Assembly (NCBI GenBank): GCA_017433225.1 | Contig: JAFRHS010000044.1 | Coordinates: 28,317-92,316, forward strand | Direction: 5' to 3' | Origin: Clostridia bacterium | GTDB lineage: Bacteria > Bacillota > Clostridia > Oscillospirales > Acutalibacteraceae | DNA length: 64,000 nucleotides | In this document: in pieces, positions 23,460 to 33,456 of the stretch | How the letters are laid out: each line of letters opens with the position of its first letter | Numbering within the stretch: the first letter of the stretch is position 1 | Notes under the pieces: model-generated | Databases searched by the model: none | What the model was told of the DNA's origin: nothing | What the model saw: only the letters and a program-made list of their open reading frames with translations | Made by a program: the position numbers and the translations under genes

Positions 23460-26400
23460 ATGAAAAATGAAACTTTGCAAAACAATCTGCTCTACAGTGA
23501 GCAGTTCGAACACGATGCCTGCGGGATCGGGACCGTGGTCTCCATCAAAGGGGAGGCGTCCCGGCGGATCGTCGACAGCGCATTGAAGATCGTCGAGAAA
23601 CTGGAACACCGGGCCGGAAAAGATGCGGCCGGGGAGACCGGAGACGGTGTCGGCATCATCGTCGCCACCCCGCACGAGTTCTTCAAAGCCAAAGCGGCGG
23701 AGTGCGGCATCGAACTGGGCGATGCACGGGAATACGGCATCGGCATGCTGTTCCTGCCGCAGGACAAACTGCGCCGGGCACAGGCCAAGAAGATGCTCGA
23801 GATCATCACCGCCAAAGAAGGTCTCCGATTCCTCGGCTGGCGGGTCGTCCCGACCTGTCCCGAGACGCTCGGGCAGAAAGCGATCGACAAGATGCCGTAC
23901 ATCGAGCAGTGTTTCATCGAAAAGCCGGCCGACTGCGCGAAGGGCATCGACTTTGACCGCAAACTCTACGTCATCCGCCGGGTCTTCGAACAGTCCAACG
24001 ACAACACGTATGTCTGCTCGCTGTCCTCCCGGACCATCGTTTACAAAGGCATGTTTCTCGTCCAGCAGCTGAGAAGCTTCTATCGGGACCTCCAGGAAGA
24101 GGACTTCGTCTCGTCCATCGCGATGGTCCACTCCCGATTCTCCACCAACACGAACCCCAGCTGGGAACGGGCGCACCCGAACCGGTTCATCGTCCACAAC
24201 GGCGAGATCAACACCATCCGCGGCAACGCGGACCGGATGCTCGCCAGAGGCGAGACCATGGAATCGCCGTTCCTGAATGAGAACTACGAAAAGATCCTGC
24301 CGGTCGTCGATACCGCCGGGTCCGATTCCGCCATGCTCGACAACACGCTCGAGTTCCTCGTCATGAACGGCATGGACCTGCCGCTCGCGATGATGATCTG
24401 TGTCCCGGAACCCTGGAAGTCCGATGACACCATGAGCCGCGAGAAAAAGGACATGTACCACTACTATTCCACGATGATGGAACCCTGGGACGGCCCTGCG
24501 GCCCTGCTGTTCACCGACGGCGACCAGGTCGGCGCCTGTCTCGACCGGAACGGTCTGCGGCCCTCCCGCTACTATGTGACCGATGACGACCTGCTCATCC
24601 TGTCCTCGGAAGTCGGTGTCCTGCCGCTGGACGACCGGCACATCGTCAAAAAGTCCCGTTTGCAGCCCGGAAAGATGCTGCTCATCGATACGAGAGAGGT
24701 ACGCATCATCTCCGATGACGAGTGCAAAGAGCGGTACGCACATCGCCACCCTTACGGAGAATGGCTCGACCTGTACCTCAAAACGCTGCACGAACTGCCG
24801 ATCCCCAATAAGAAAGTGGAGGAGTCCACGCAGGAAGTCCGGGACCGTCTCTACAAGGTCTTCGGCTACACCTATGAGGACATCAATACGTCCATTCTGC
24901 CGATGGCGAAAAACGGCTCGGAGCCGATCGCTGCCATGGGCATCGACATCCCGCTGGCCGTCCTCTCCGAAAAGCACCAGCTGCTGTTCAGCTATTTCAA
25001 ACAGCTGTTCGCGCAGGTGACGAACCCGCCGATCGACGCCATCCGGGAAAAGGTCATCACCGATACCCAGGTCTACGTCGGTTCGGACGGCAACCTTCTG
25101 GAGGACAAAGGAGACAACTGCCAGGTCCTCGAGATCAGCCATCCGATCCTGACCAGTGTCGACCTTTTGAAGATCAAAAACATGGATCTGCCCGGCCTGA
25201 AAGTGGCGACGGTCAGCATCCTGTATTACAAGAACACGTCCCTCGAAAAGGCGGTCGACCATCTCTATGTGGAGTGCGACAAAGCCTACAAGAAGGGCGC
25301 GAACATCATCATCCTGTCGGACCGCGGCGTCGACGAGAACCACGTGGCGATCCCGTCGCTGCTGGCCGTCTCGGCGATGGAGCAGTACCTCATCCGGACC
25401 AAGAAGAGGACGGCGATCTCCATCATCCTGGAGAGTGCCGAACCCCGCTGCGTCCACGACTTTGCGACGCTTCTCGGCTACGGCGCCCGGGCGGTCAACC
25501 CGTACCTCGCGCACGAGTGCATCGAAGAGTGCATCGAGAAGGGCCTTCTCGACAAGGACCCCCATACGGCGATCGACGACTACAACGAGGCGGTGCTGAA
25601 CGGCATCGTCAAGATCGCCTCCAAAATGGGGATCTCGACCATCCAGTCTTACCAGTCCGCACAGATCTTCGAGATCGTCGGGATCCGGGAAGACGTCGTC
25701 GAGAAATACTTCACCAATACCGTGAGCCGTGTCGGCGGCATCGGCCTTCCGGAGATCGCGGAAGGGGTCGAATACCGGCATGACCACGCCTTTGACCCGC
25801 TGGGCCTCGGCACCGACACCACCGTCGACAGTATGGGTTACCACAAGCTGCGCAACGGCGCCGGGAAAGAGGATCATCTCTATGACCCGCGGACCATCAT
25901 CCACCTGCGCAGAGCGGTCCAGGACGGCGATTATGAGCGGTTCAAAGAGTATTCCGCCATGGTCGACGATGAGAACGTCCCGCATACCTTGCGCGGACTC
26001 CTGGCATTCGAATACCCGGAACAGGGCATCCCGCTCGAAGAAGTGGAACCCGCTTCCGAGATCGTCAAACGCTTCAAGACCGGTGCCATGTCCTACGGAT
26101 CTCTCTCCCGAGAGGCCCACGAATGCATGGCAGTGGCGATGAACCGTCTCGGCGCAAAGTCCAATACCGGTGAGGGCGGCGAACTGCGCGACCGGTTCGG
26201 GACCGAGCGCAACAGCGCGATCAAACAGGTCGCGTCCGGCCGCTTCGGCGTCACGAGCGAATACCTCGTCTCGGCCAAAGAGATCCAGATCAAACTGGCG
26301 CAGGGCGCGAAACCCGGCGAGGGCGGTCACCTCCCGGGCAAAAAAGTGTATCCCTGGGTCGCGGCGACCCGGTTCTCCACACCCGGCGTTTCGCTGATCT

Positions 26401-27995
26401 CTCCGCCGCCGCACCACGACATCTATTCCATCGAGGACCTGGCGCAGCTCATCTATGACCTGAAAAACGCCAACCGCGATGCGCGCATCAACGTCAAACT
26501 CGTCTCCGAGGCGGGGGTCGGCACCATCGCCTCCGGCGTCGCCAAGGGCGGGGCAGAGGTCATCCTCATCTCCGGCTATGACGGCGGTTCGGGCGCGGCT
26601 CCTCTGAGCTCGCTCCACAACGCCGGTCTGCCGCTGGAACTCGGCCTCGCCGAGACGCACCAGACGCTCATCGAGAACGGCCTGCGTACGCGGGTCCGGG
26701 TCGAGGCCGACGGCAAACTGATGACCGGCCGCGACGTGGCGATCGCCTGCATGCTGGGCGCCGAAGAGTTCGGCTTTGCCACGACGCCGCTGATCGCCAT
26801 GGGATGCGTCATGATGCGTGTCTGCAATCAGAACACCTGTCCGGTCGGCATCGCGACCCAGGACCCGCGCCTGCGGGCTCGCTTTGCCGGAAAACCGGAA
26901 TACGTCATCAACTTCATGATGTACATCGCCGAAGAACTGCGTGAGATCATGGCAAAACTCGGTGTCCGCACCGTCGAGGAACTCGTCGGGCGCACAGACT
27001 TCCTGAAAGTGAAAGAGAAGGCGATCACACACCGCGCCGCCATGGTAGACCTTTCGAAGATCCTCGGGAACCACAATGCGGACGGCTGCAACGCAGTCCA
27101 CCATATCGACGGCGACGAGTTCGATTTCTGTCTGGAAGAGACTCTGGACATGAAAGAACTGGTCCCCGCGTTCCGCAAAGCGCAGAAGGCGGGGAAACCG
27201 ATGGATCTCGCGCTCGAGGTCACGAGCACGGACCGTTCGTTCGGCACGATCCTCGGTTCGGAAGTGACCAGAGCGTACGGCATCGATGCACCGGAAGACC
27301 TGTGCCGTGTCCGCTGCAAAGGCGGCGGCGGTCAGTCGTTCGGAGCGTTCCTGCCAAAGGGCGTCTCCATCCGGCTCGAAGGGGACTGTAACGACTATTT
27401 CGGCAAAGGACTCAGCGGAGGGAATCTGGCCGTATATCCGCCGGAAGATGCCGCATTCCGGGCGGAAGAGAACATCATTATCGGCAACGTCGCTCTGTAC
27501 GGCGCCACCGCCGGCAAGGCATTTGTCCGCGGCATTGCGGGCGAGCGGTTCTGTGTCCGGAATTCCGGCGCGGAAGCCGTCGTCGAAGGCGTCGGAGACC
27601 ACGGCTGTGAATACATGACCGGAGGTACGGTCGTCGTTCTGGGACGCACCGGAAAGAACTTTGCGGCCGGGATGAGCGGCGGGACCGCCTACGTCCTCGA
27701 CGAAGAGCATGATCTGTACCGCAGACTCAACAAGGAAATGGTCGAAGTGAGTACGGTCAGCAGCAAGGCGGACATTTCCAAACTGAAGGAGATGCTGGAG
27801 GAGCATGTCGCCGCCACCGGCTCTGAACTGGGGCAGAGGATCCTCGACTCGTTCGATGACTATGTCCCGTCCTTCAAGAAGATCATCCCGCACGAGTATG
27901 CGGTCATGAAAGACAAGATCTACGAAGAACTCAGCAAAGGCCTGTCGCAGGAGGATGCCGAACTCGAGGCATTCAACGCGCTGATGGGCGCATAA
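23460..27995 (+). CDS. gltB: Glutamate synthase large subunit
   Basis: 1511 aa. N-terminal EHDACGIG amidotransferase, FMN and Fe-S domains, GXGG repeats in the C-terminal domain. Confidence 0.95.
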   Translation: MKNETLQNNLLYSEQFEHDACGIGTVVSIKGEASRRIVDSALKIVEKLEHRAGKDAAGETGDGVGIIVATPHEFFKAKAAECGIELGDAREYGIGMLFLPQDKLRRAQAKKMLEIITAKEGLRFLGWRVVPTCPETLGQKAIDKMPYIEQCFIEKPADCAKGIDFDRKLYVIRRVFEQSNDNTYVCSLSSRTIVYKGMFLVQQLRSFYRDLQEEDFVSSIAMVHSRFSTNTNPSWERAHPNRFIVHNGEINTIRGNADRMLARGETMESPFLNENYEKILPVVDTAGSDSAMLDNTLEFLVMNGMDLPLAMMICVPEPWKSDDTMSREKKDMYHYYSTMMEPWDGPAALLFTDGDQVGACLDRNGLRPSRYYVTDDDLLILSSEVGVLPLDDRHIVKKSRLQPGKMLLIDTREVRIISDDECKERYAHRHPYGEWLDLYLKTLHELPIPNKKVEESTQEVRDRLYKVFGYTYEDINTSILPMAKNGSEPIAAMGIDIPLAVLSEKHQLLFSYFKQLFAQVTNPPIDAIREKVITDTQVYVGSDGNLLEDKGDNCQVLEISHPILTSVDLLKIKNMDLPGLKVATVSILYYKNTSLEKAVDHLYVECDKAYKKGANIIILSDRGVDENHVAIPSLLAVSAMEQYLIRTKKRTAISIILESAEPRCVHDFATLLGYGARAVNPYLAHECIEECIEKGLLDKDPHTAIDDYNEAVLNGIVKIASKMGISTIQSYQSAQIFEIVGIREDVVEKYFTNTVSRVGGIGLPEIAEGVEYRHDHAFDPLGLGTDTTVDSMGYHKLRNGAGKEDHLYDPRTIIHLRRAVQDGDYERFKEYSAMVDDENVPHTLRGLLAFEYPEQGIPLEEVEPASEIVKRFKTGAMSYGSLSREAHECMAVAMNRLGAKSNTGEGGELRDRFGTERNSAIKQVASGRFGVTSEYLVSAKEIQIKLAQGAKPGEGGHLPGKKVYPWVAATRFSTPGVSLISPPPHHDIYSIEDLAQLIYDLKNANRDARINVKLVSEAGVGTIASGVAKGGAEVILISGYDGGSGAAPLSSLHNAGLPLELGLAETHQTLIENGLRTRVRVEADGKLMTGRDVAIACMLGAEEFGFATTPLIAMGCVMMRVCNQNTCPVGIATQDPRLRARFAGKPEYVINFMMYIAEELREIMAKLGVRTVEELVGRTDFLKVKEKAITHRAAMVDLSKILGNHNADGCNAVHHIDGDEFDFCLEETLDMKELVPAFRKAQKAGKPMDLALEVTSTDRSFGTILGSEVTRAYGIDAPEDLCRVRCKGGGGQSFGAFLPKGVSIRLEGDCNDYFGKGLSGGNLAVYPPEDAAFRAEENIIIGNVALYGATAGKAFVRGIAGERFCVRNSGAEAVVEGVGDHGCEYMTGGTVVVLGRTGKNFAAGMSGGTAYVLDEEHDLYRRLNKEMVEVSTVSSKADISKLKEMLEEHVAATGSELGQRILDSFDDYVPSFKKIIPHEYAVMKDKIYEELSKGLSQEDAELEAFNALMGA

Positions 27996-28010
27996 AGGAG
28001 GGGAGACAAT

Positions 28011-29498
28011 ATGGGTAAAACAACAGGATTCCTGGACTATGACCGGAAGACCAACCCGGCCGTCGCTCCTCTTCAGAGGCTGCAGGACTTTCACGAATTC
28101 CACCCGCCGCTGCAGGTGGAGGAACGGCAGGAGCAGGCAGCGCGCTGTATGAACTGCGGCATCCCGTTCTGCCAGTCTGCCGTGGCATTCGGAAAAGGGC
28201 CGGCCGTCTCCGGCTGTCCGCTCCACAACCTTATTCCGGAGTGGAACGACGAATTGTATAACGGTCATTACGAGAGCGCAAAAGCCCGTCTTTTGAAGAC
28301 GGCCAGTTTCCCGGAGTTCACCGGACGTGTCTGCCCGGCCCTCTGTGAGGTGGCCTGCACCTGCGGGCTGAACGGAGACCCTGTCACAGTACGGGAGAAT
28401 GAACTCTTTCTCATCGAACAGGCCTATGCCACCGGGAACATGAAGCCGCATGCGCCCGCCGTCCGTACCGACAAAACGGTCGCGGTCATCGGTTCCGGAC
28501 CCTCCGGCCTCGCCACCGCGGATGCCCTCAATAAACGCGGGCACAATGTCACTGTCTTTGAGCGGGAAGACCGCATCGGCGGACTGCTGATGTACGGGAT
28601 CCCGAATATGAAACTGGAGAAACAGATCATCGAGCGCCGCAGGGCGCTGATGGAGGCCGAAGGTGTCGTGTTCCGAACGGGTTGCAACGTGGGGGCAGAC
28701 GTCTCTGCAGAAGAGCTTCTGGCGGAATACGATGCCGTGGTCCTCTGCTGCGGCGCCAAACAGGCCCGCACGCTGAATGTCGGAGAAGAACAGGTCGGGA
28801 ACGTCTTTCCTGCTGTCGACTTTCTGACCCGCCAGACCCGGAACCTGCTCTCCGGAAACGCAATGACGGAGGCAAAAGGGAAAAAGGTCATCATCGTCGG
28901 CGGCGGAGACACCGGGAACGACTGTGTCGGCACCTGTCTCCGTGAAGGCTGCGCCTCGGTCACACAGATCGAAATGATGCCGAAACCGCCGGCAGAACGT
29001 CCGGCGAGCAATCCCTGGCCCGAATGGCCGGTCCAGCTCAAAACGGACTACGGCCAGGAAGAGGCGATCGCGGTGTTCGGCAAAGATCCGCGCATCTATC
29101 AGACCACCATCAAGGAAGTCATCCCGAACAAAAAAGGTCTCATCAAAGCGGTGAAGACCGTGAAACTGGAGTTTGAACGGGACCCGGAGACCGGCCGGAT
29201 GATGCCTCGGGAAGTCGAAGGTTCCGAAGAGACGCTGGCCTGCGACCTTCTGCTGATCGCAGCCGGATTCACCGGATGTGAAGCCTACACGCCGGGCGCG
29301 TTCCATGTGGAATGCGGTCCCCGGAACACCGTTCAGACCTCTGCCGGAAGCTATGCGACCGGTGTGGAGAAAGTCTTTACGGCGGGCGACATGCACCGGG
29401 GCCAGTCTCTGGTCGTCTGGGCCATTGCCGAAGGCAGGGCCTGCGCAGTGGAAGTAGACCGATATCTGATGGGTTATACCAACCTTCCGTTGGTGTGA
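28011..29498 (+). CDS. gltD: Glutamate synthase small subunit (NADPH)
   Basis: 495 aa. Cys clusters CMNCGIPFC and CPALCEVAC. Dinucleotide folds [12 protein letters not shown] and [13 protein letters not shown]. Confidence 0.95.
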   Translation: MGKTTGFLDYDRKTNPAVAPLQRLQDFHEFHPPLQVEERQEQAARCMNCGIPFCQSAVAFGKGPAVSGCPLHNLIPEWNDELYNGHYESAKARLLKTASFPEFTGRVCPALCEVACTCGLNGDPVTVRENELFLIEQAYATGNMKPHAPAVRTDKTVAVIGSGPSGLATADALNKRGHNVTVFEREDRIGGLLMYGIPNMKLEKQIIERRRALMEAEGVVFRTGCNVGADVSAEELLAEYDAVVLCCGAKQARTLNVGEEQVGNVFPAVDFLTRQTRNLLSGNAMTEAKGKKVIIVGGGDTGNDCVGTCLREGCASVTQIEMMPKPPAERPASNPWPEWPVQLKTDYGQEEAIAVFGKDPRIYQTTIKEVIPNKKGLIKAVKTVKLEFERDPETGRMMPREVEGSEETLACDLLLIAAGFTGCEAYTPGAFHVECGPRNTVQTSAGSYATGVEKVFTAGDMHRGQSLVVWAIAEGRACAVEVDRYLMGYTNLPLV

Positions 29499-29526
29499 TC
29501 TGTTGATATATACTCCATTCTTGACA

Positions 29527-29558
29527 GGAAAAAGCCACCCGAAAGGGTGGCTTTTTCC
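29527..29558. terminator. Bidirectional terminator between gltD and the convergent SDR gene
   Basis: GGAAAAAGCCACCC GAAA GGGTGGCTTTTTCC. Confidence 0.85.
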
Positions 29559-29574
29559 GTTATGCCGTGATGGC

Positions 29575-31110
29575 TTATTTCTTCAGGTATTCGTCGTAAT
29601 CTCTGTAGATCTCTTCGCCGTAGACGTTGTTCTCGTTCGGGCTGTGGTCGATGTACCAGACCTGAGCGAAGAACGGATTCTGCTTGGCGATCTCGTCGTA
29701 TCTCCAGGGGAACGGATCCTGTGCGGGGGACCAGTGGCCGCCGCGAAGGACGGTGTTCGGGGTCATGTCGAACTGATTGCCTTCGGCATCTTCCCAGGTG
29801 ACCGGAGTGTACATGTCGACGATCTCGGTGGAGATGAGCTTACCGCCGCGGAATGCAGCCGCTTTCTGAAGATCTTCGATGGTCAGTTCGTCAAAGGGCT
29901 TGGTCTCATCGTAACCGTGGTCAAGGAGGACCGGAGTCTTGGACGGGATATGGATGTCAGCCTTGTCCCAGGTGGTGGGAAGGGTCTTGTAATGATCCAT
30001 ACCGGAGGTCTTGGTATCGCCGTAGAACGCGGTCAGACGCTCGGTGTTGTTGTTCTTGACCCAGGTGCGGGTACCGAAACGCTTGTTGAGAGCGATCATG
30101 CCGAGGCCTTCACGGGCCAGGGTGGAGATGACCGGAAGTCTGGTCACGATGGACAGCTGATAGAACCACTCGACCTGCTTCGCCATGTTCTTGAAGTAGA
30201 GGTCGATCGGGGTGTTGTGACGGAAATGGAGTGCCTCTTCGAGGACATCGCCGTCCGCATACCACTGACCGTGGAAGTTTCTGTCGACGAACCAGTTCGG
30301 CTTGAAGACGCGCTTGGTGGCGTCGTGGCCCATGCCGATGGCGTTGAGGAGAAGGTCCTCGAACTGGTAATTGGTGATCCGGTATTCGTCACCGGAACCG
30401 ATGTTGTAGAATCTTCTGAAGAAGTCATCGGGGATGTTGTCGTTGCAAAGACGCTCCATAAGAGTGGCGGAGTCTTCGACAGTAGCCCATTCCAGAACGC
30501 CGTTCAGCGGAACGTGGAACATGATCGGGTCCATGTTCTTCAGGATCTGCGGATAGAGGATACCGGACTGACGGAGGGAGACCCACTTTTTCAGACCGGA
30601 CTCGGCGAAGACGCGCTCCGCCTTGACCTTGGAAATGGCATAGTGGTCATAAATGGAGATTTTGATCGGGTCTCCGCAACGGCCCCAGTGGAGAGGCTCA
30701 CAGCGGTTGCCGGTCTCGGCGACGGTACCGATGTAGCAGACAACGATGTCGTCGGGGTTCTTCTGAGCCTTGACGGCTTTGACGATGTTCTCAGCGGCCA
30801 TGACATTGGTCTTGAGAGTTCTCTTCGGCCAGTAGTCCGCAGCGGGGGAAACCATGCCGCCGATGTGCAGGACGTAGCTGGCGCCGGTGATGCCTTCGAG
30901 GATGGCATCGTAGTCGCCGAAGTCGCCCCAGACGATCTTGACACGTTTGTCATTCATGTAGCCTGCGAACAGGTTGCGGTTCTTTTCAGAATCTCTGATC
31001 AGGACGACGATGTCGAGGTCGGGTCTGTTCTGATAGATCTCCTGGAACGTCTGCCAGCCCATGTGGCCGGAAGCGCCGGTAATGAATACCTTTTTGTTGG
31101 TGGTTGCCAT
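29575..31110 (-). CDS. NAD-dependent epimerase/dehydratase-family (extended SDR) protein with ~180-aa C-terminal domain of unknown function
   Basis: KVFITGASGHMG Rossmann motif and YAISK catalytic pair. ATG 31110 follows AAGGAGG. Confidence 0.7.
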   Translation of the reverse strand: MATTNKKVFITGASGHMGWQTFQEIYQNRPDLDIVVLIRDSEKNRNLFAGYMNDKRVKIVWGDFGDYDAILEGITGASYVLHIGGMVSPAADYWPKRTLKTNVMAAENIVKAVKAQKNPDDIVVCYIGTVAETGNRCEPLHWGRCGDPIKISIYDHYAISKVKAERVFAESGLKKWVSLRQSGILYPQILKNMDPIMFHVPLNGVLEWATVEDSATLMERLCNDNIPDDFFRRFYNIGSGDEYRITNYQFEDLLLNAIGMGHDATKRVFKPNWFVDRNFHGQWYADGDVLEEALHFRHNTPIDLYFKNMAKQVEWFYQLSIVTRLPVISTLAREGLGMIALNKRFGTRTWVKNNNTERLTAFYGDTKTSGMDHYKTLPTTWDKADIHIPSKTPVLLDHGYDETKPFDELTIEDLQKAAAFRGGKLISTEIVDMYTPVTWEDAEGNQFDMTPNTVLRGGHWSPAQDPFPWRYDEIAKQNPFFAQVWYIDHSPNENNVYGEEIYRDYDEYLKK

Positions 31111-31271
31111 TGGGATCAATCCTCCTTGAATTAACATTTATTCGAACATTCTTATTATACAGAGAAACAGAAAGGCACGCAAATTGTATTTGTACAATAA
31201 AACAACAGAACCCCGACAAAATGTCAGAGTTCTGAAGAAATCTTGAAAAATGTACGATTGTGTTTTGATGC

Positions 31272-32417
31272 TCAAATCGTGAAATCTTCGACGTTGTAAT
31301 CGCGCCCGAATTTCGGCTGATCTTTCCTCCGGGGTTTCCGGGAGGGGAACAGGATGAGCAGGGCGATGAGCACCAGAGCCAGAGACGCGAGCACCGCGAA
31401 ATAGTTGATGCGGTGGGTGAGCGCGTACTTCGTCAGTTTGCCAAGGCCGGCGATGCGGTAGACCGCTTTGCCGAGGTACTGGTCGGCGGTGACGTCGTAG
31501 GTGGCGCCGGTGTTGTCCGCAGCCACGATGTAGTTCGCGCCGTCTCTCGTTTCGATGGCCTCAACAGAGCCGAAGGAACGGTCTCCGTAAGTGGAGAGGA
31601 TGACGTTCGAGGGCTGGAGTTTCTCCATGGCGACTTTTTTGACGACGATGACGTCAGTCTGTTTGACATTCGGCGCCATGGCGTCGTTCTGGACGGTGTA
31701 ACAGCGAAGGCCGCCGATGGTGGCGTCCGGGAAGTTGTGGGCAAACAGTCCGACGATGCCGCTGATGAGCGCCAGCAGAAGGACGAGGGTCAGGAGAGTG
31801 GCGAGGATGCCGCGCAGTATTCTGCGTCCCGGAGAGCCCTTGCGGTGAGAGGTGCGAGGCTGCTGGGGAGCCGGCGCGCGTTTGGCGCGGCCCTGATTGG
31901 AGTTGCGCATGGCGGGACCGACTTCGGGCTCCTCATCCGGCTCGTCGAGTTTCAGCGCCTTGAAACTGACGGTGTTGCCGGTGCGGGTGGCGTTGGCGAG
32001 TTCGGTGTTCTGGATGGTCTCGAGGGACGGGGCGGCGATCTCGTCGGCGAAGAGTTCTTCCTCTTCCGGTCCTGCCGCGGGCTCCAGGACGATCGGGAGC
32101 TCGTCCTCGATGTCTTCCAGGGTCTCCTTCAGCTCGTTGGCCTGGGAGACTTCTCTCATATTCTGATTTTCGATGGTCAGCGCGACGATCTGTTCTTTGA
32201 GAGCGGCGATCTCTTCCGCGTACTGTGTGTTGAGCTCCTTCAGTCCGTCGACGTCCTCGTCGAGGATGCCGGAGACCTGGATCTTCTTCAGCTTTTTCGC
32301 GAACGTGACACAATCTTTGTAAAGTTTCTGGTTTGTGTATTTGAGGTCGGCGATCTCCTCTTCCAGGGAATTGATGCGGCCGTAAAGTCCATCCTGCTCG
32401 AGTCTGTTGTCAGGCAT
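31272..32417 (-). CDS. Membrane protein: cytoplasmic coiled-coil, TM helix, SipW/S26-like domain lacking catalytic residues, C-terminal TM helix
   Basis: The SipW-like pattern V.S.SM.P....GD is present as VQNDAMAPNVKQTDVIVV, with Ala in place of the nucleophile Ser. Two TM helices. ATG 32417 follows AGGAGG. Confidence 0.6.
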   Translation of the reverse strand: MPDNRLEQDGLYGRINSLEEEIADLKYTNQKLYKDCVTFAKKLKKIQVSGILDEDVDGLKELNTQYAEEIAALKEQIVALTIENQNMREVSQANELKETLEDIEDELPIVLEPAAGPEEEELFADEIAAPSLETIQNTELANATRTGNTVSFKALKLDEPDEEPEVGPAMRNSNQGRAKRAPAPQQPRTSHRKGSPGRRILRGILATLLTLVLLLALISGIVGLFAHNFPDATIGGLRCYTVQNDAMAPNVKQTDVIVVKKVAMEKLQPSNVILSTYGDRSFGSVEAIETRDGANYIVAADNTGATYDVTADQYLGKAVYRIAGLGKLTKYALTHRINYFAVLASLALVLIALLILFPSRKPRRKDQPKFGRDYNVEDFTI

Positions 32418-32577
32418 GAGTGACCTCCTGTTGTGGTGATAATGGAAAAACGTTCTGTAATAGTTTATAAAATTCTCGGGCGATTTACAATATCTATTCT
32501 TTAATTTATCCATTGTATTGAAACAATTTGCCTTCTGATGTAGAATGACGGGAGAACGTTTTTATGGAGGACCTGCC

Positions 32578-33456
32578 ATGAATTATTCTGTATTTCAGCG
32601 GATCGAAGACGCATATTACGGTCTGTCGAAAAGCCATAAAAAGATCGCCGACTACATTCTCGAGAACTATGAGAAAGCGGCGTTCCTGACTGCGGCCAAA
32701 CTGGGCGAGACCACCGGTATCAGTGTGTCTACTGTCGTCCGGTTCGCCACGCAGCTCGGCTATGAAGGCTATCCCGAATTCCAGGATGCTCTCCGGGAGA
32801 CCATCAAGGGGAAACTGACGTCGACCCAGCGCATCGAAGTGGCCGGCAATCAGATTGCCGACAACGACCTTTTGACCTCCGTTCTCCAGAAAGACCGGGA
32901 GATGATCCGCAACACCATGACGGCCGTCTCCAAAGAAGACTTCGAACAGGCGTCCCGCGCCATCAACGGCGCCCGCCGTATCTATATCGTCGGTGTCCGA
33001 AGCGCCGCGCCGCTCGCGAACTTCATGTATTTCTATTTCAAGATGATCTACGACGACGTTCGCCTCATCAGCTCGAACAGCTCGAGCGAGATGTTCGAAG
33101 AGATCTACCGCATCGAACCGGACGACGTGTGTGTCGCCTTCAGTTTCCCGCGGTATTCCATGCAGGTCCAGAGCGTGGTCCGTTATGCCCACGACAAGGG
33201 CGCGAAGACCATCGCCATCACCGATAACGACGATTCGCCCATCGCCGAACTCGCGGACTTCATCCTCGTTGCAAAGAGCAATATGGTGTCCTTCATCGAC
33301 TCGCTCACGGCTCCGCTGAGCCTCGTCAACGCGCTCATCGTCTCCTCGGCACGGGGCAGACGGAACGCGACCAAGCAGAACCTCGCGGAACTCGAGAAGA
33401 TCTGGGCGGAATACAATATCTACGAGAAATCGGAGGAAGCCCACAGTGACGAATGA
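32578..33456 (+). CDS. MurR/RpiR-family transcriptional regulator (HTH_6 + SIS)
   Basis: LSKSHKKIADYILENY...ETTGISVSTVVRFA HTH, plus a SIS domain (RIYIVGVRSAAPLA). Confidence 0.85.
   Translation: MNYSVFQRIEDAYYGLSKSHKKIADYILENYEKAAFLTAAKLGETTGISVSTVVRFATQLGYEGYPEFQDALRETIKGKLTSTQRIEVAGNQIADNDLLTSVLQKDREMIRNTMTAVSKEDFEQASRAINGARRIYIVGVRSAAPLANFMYFYFKMIYDDVRLISSNSSSEMFEEIYRIEPDDVCVAFSFPRYSMQVQSVVRYAHDKGAKTIAITDNDDSPIAELADFILVAKSNMVSFIDSLTAPLSLVNALIVSSARGRRNATKQNLAELEKIWAEYNIYEKSEEAHSDE

Noticed and set aside
23454-29396. 1980-aa ORF on the minus strand spanning the whole of gltB and most of gltD
   Set aside because: It is the mirror of two unambiguous, motif-rich plus-strand genes. It has an Arg/Gly/Asp/Val-rich low-complexity composition, no recognisable domains and no Shine-Dalgarno. 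This is a typical stop-poor antisense frame in high-GC coding DNA.
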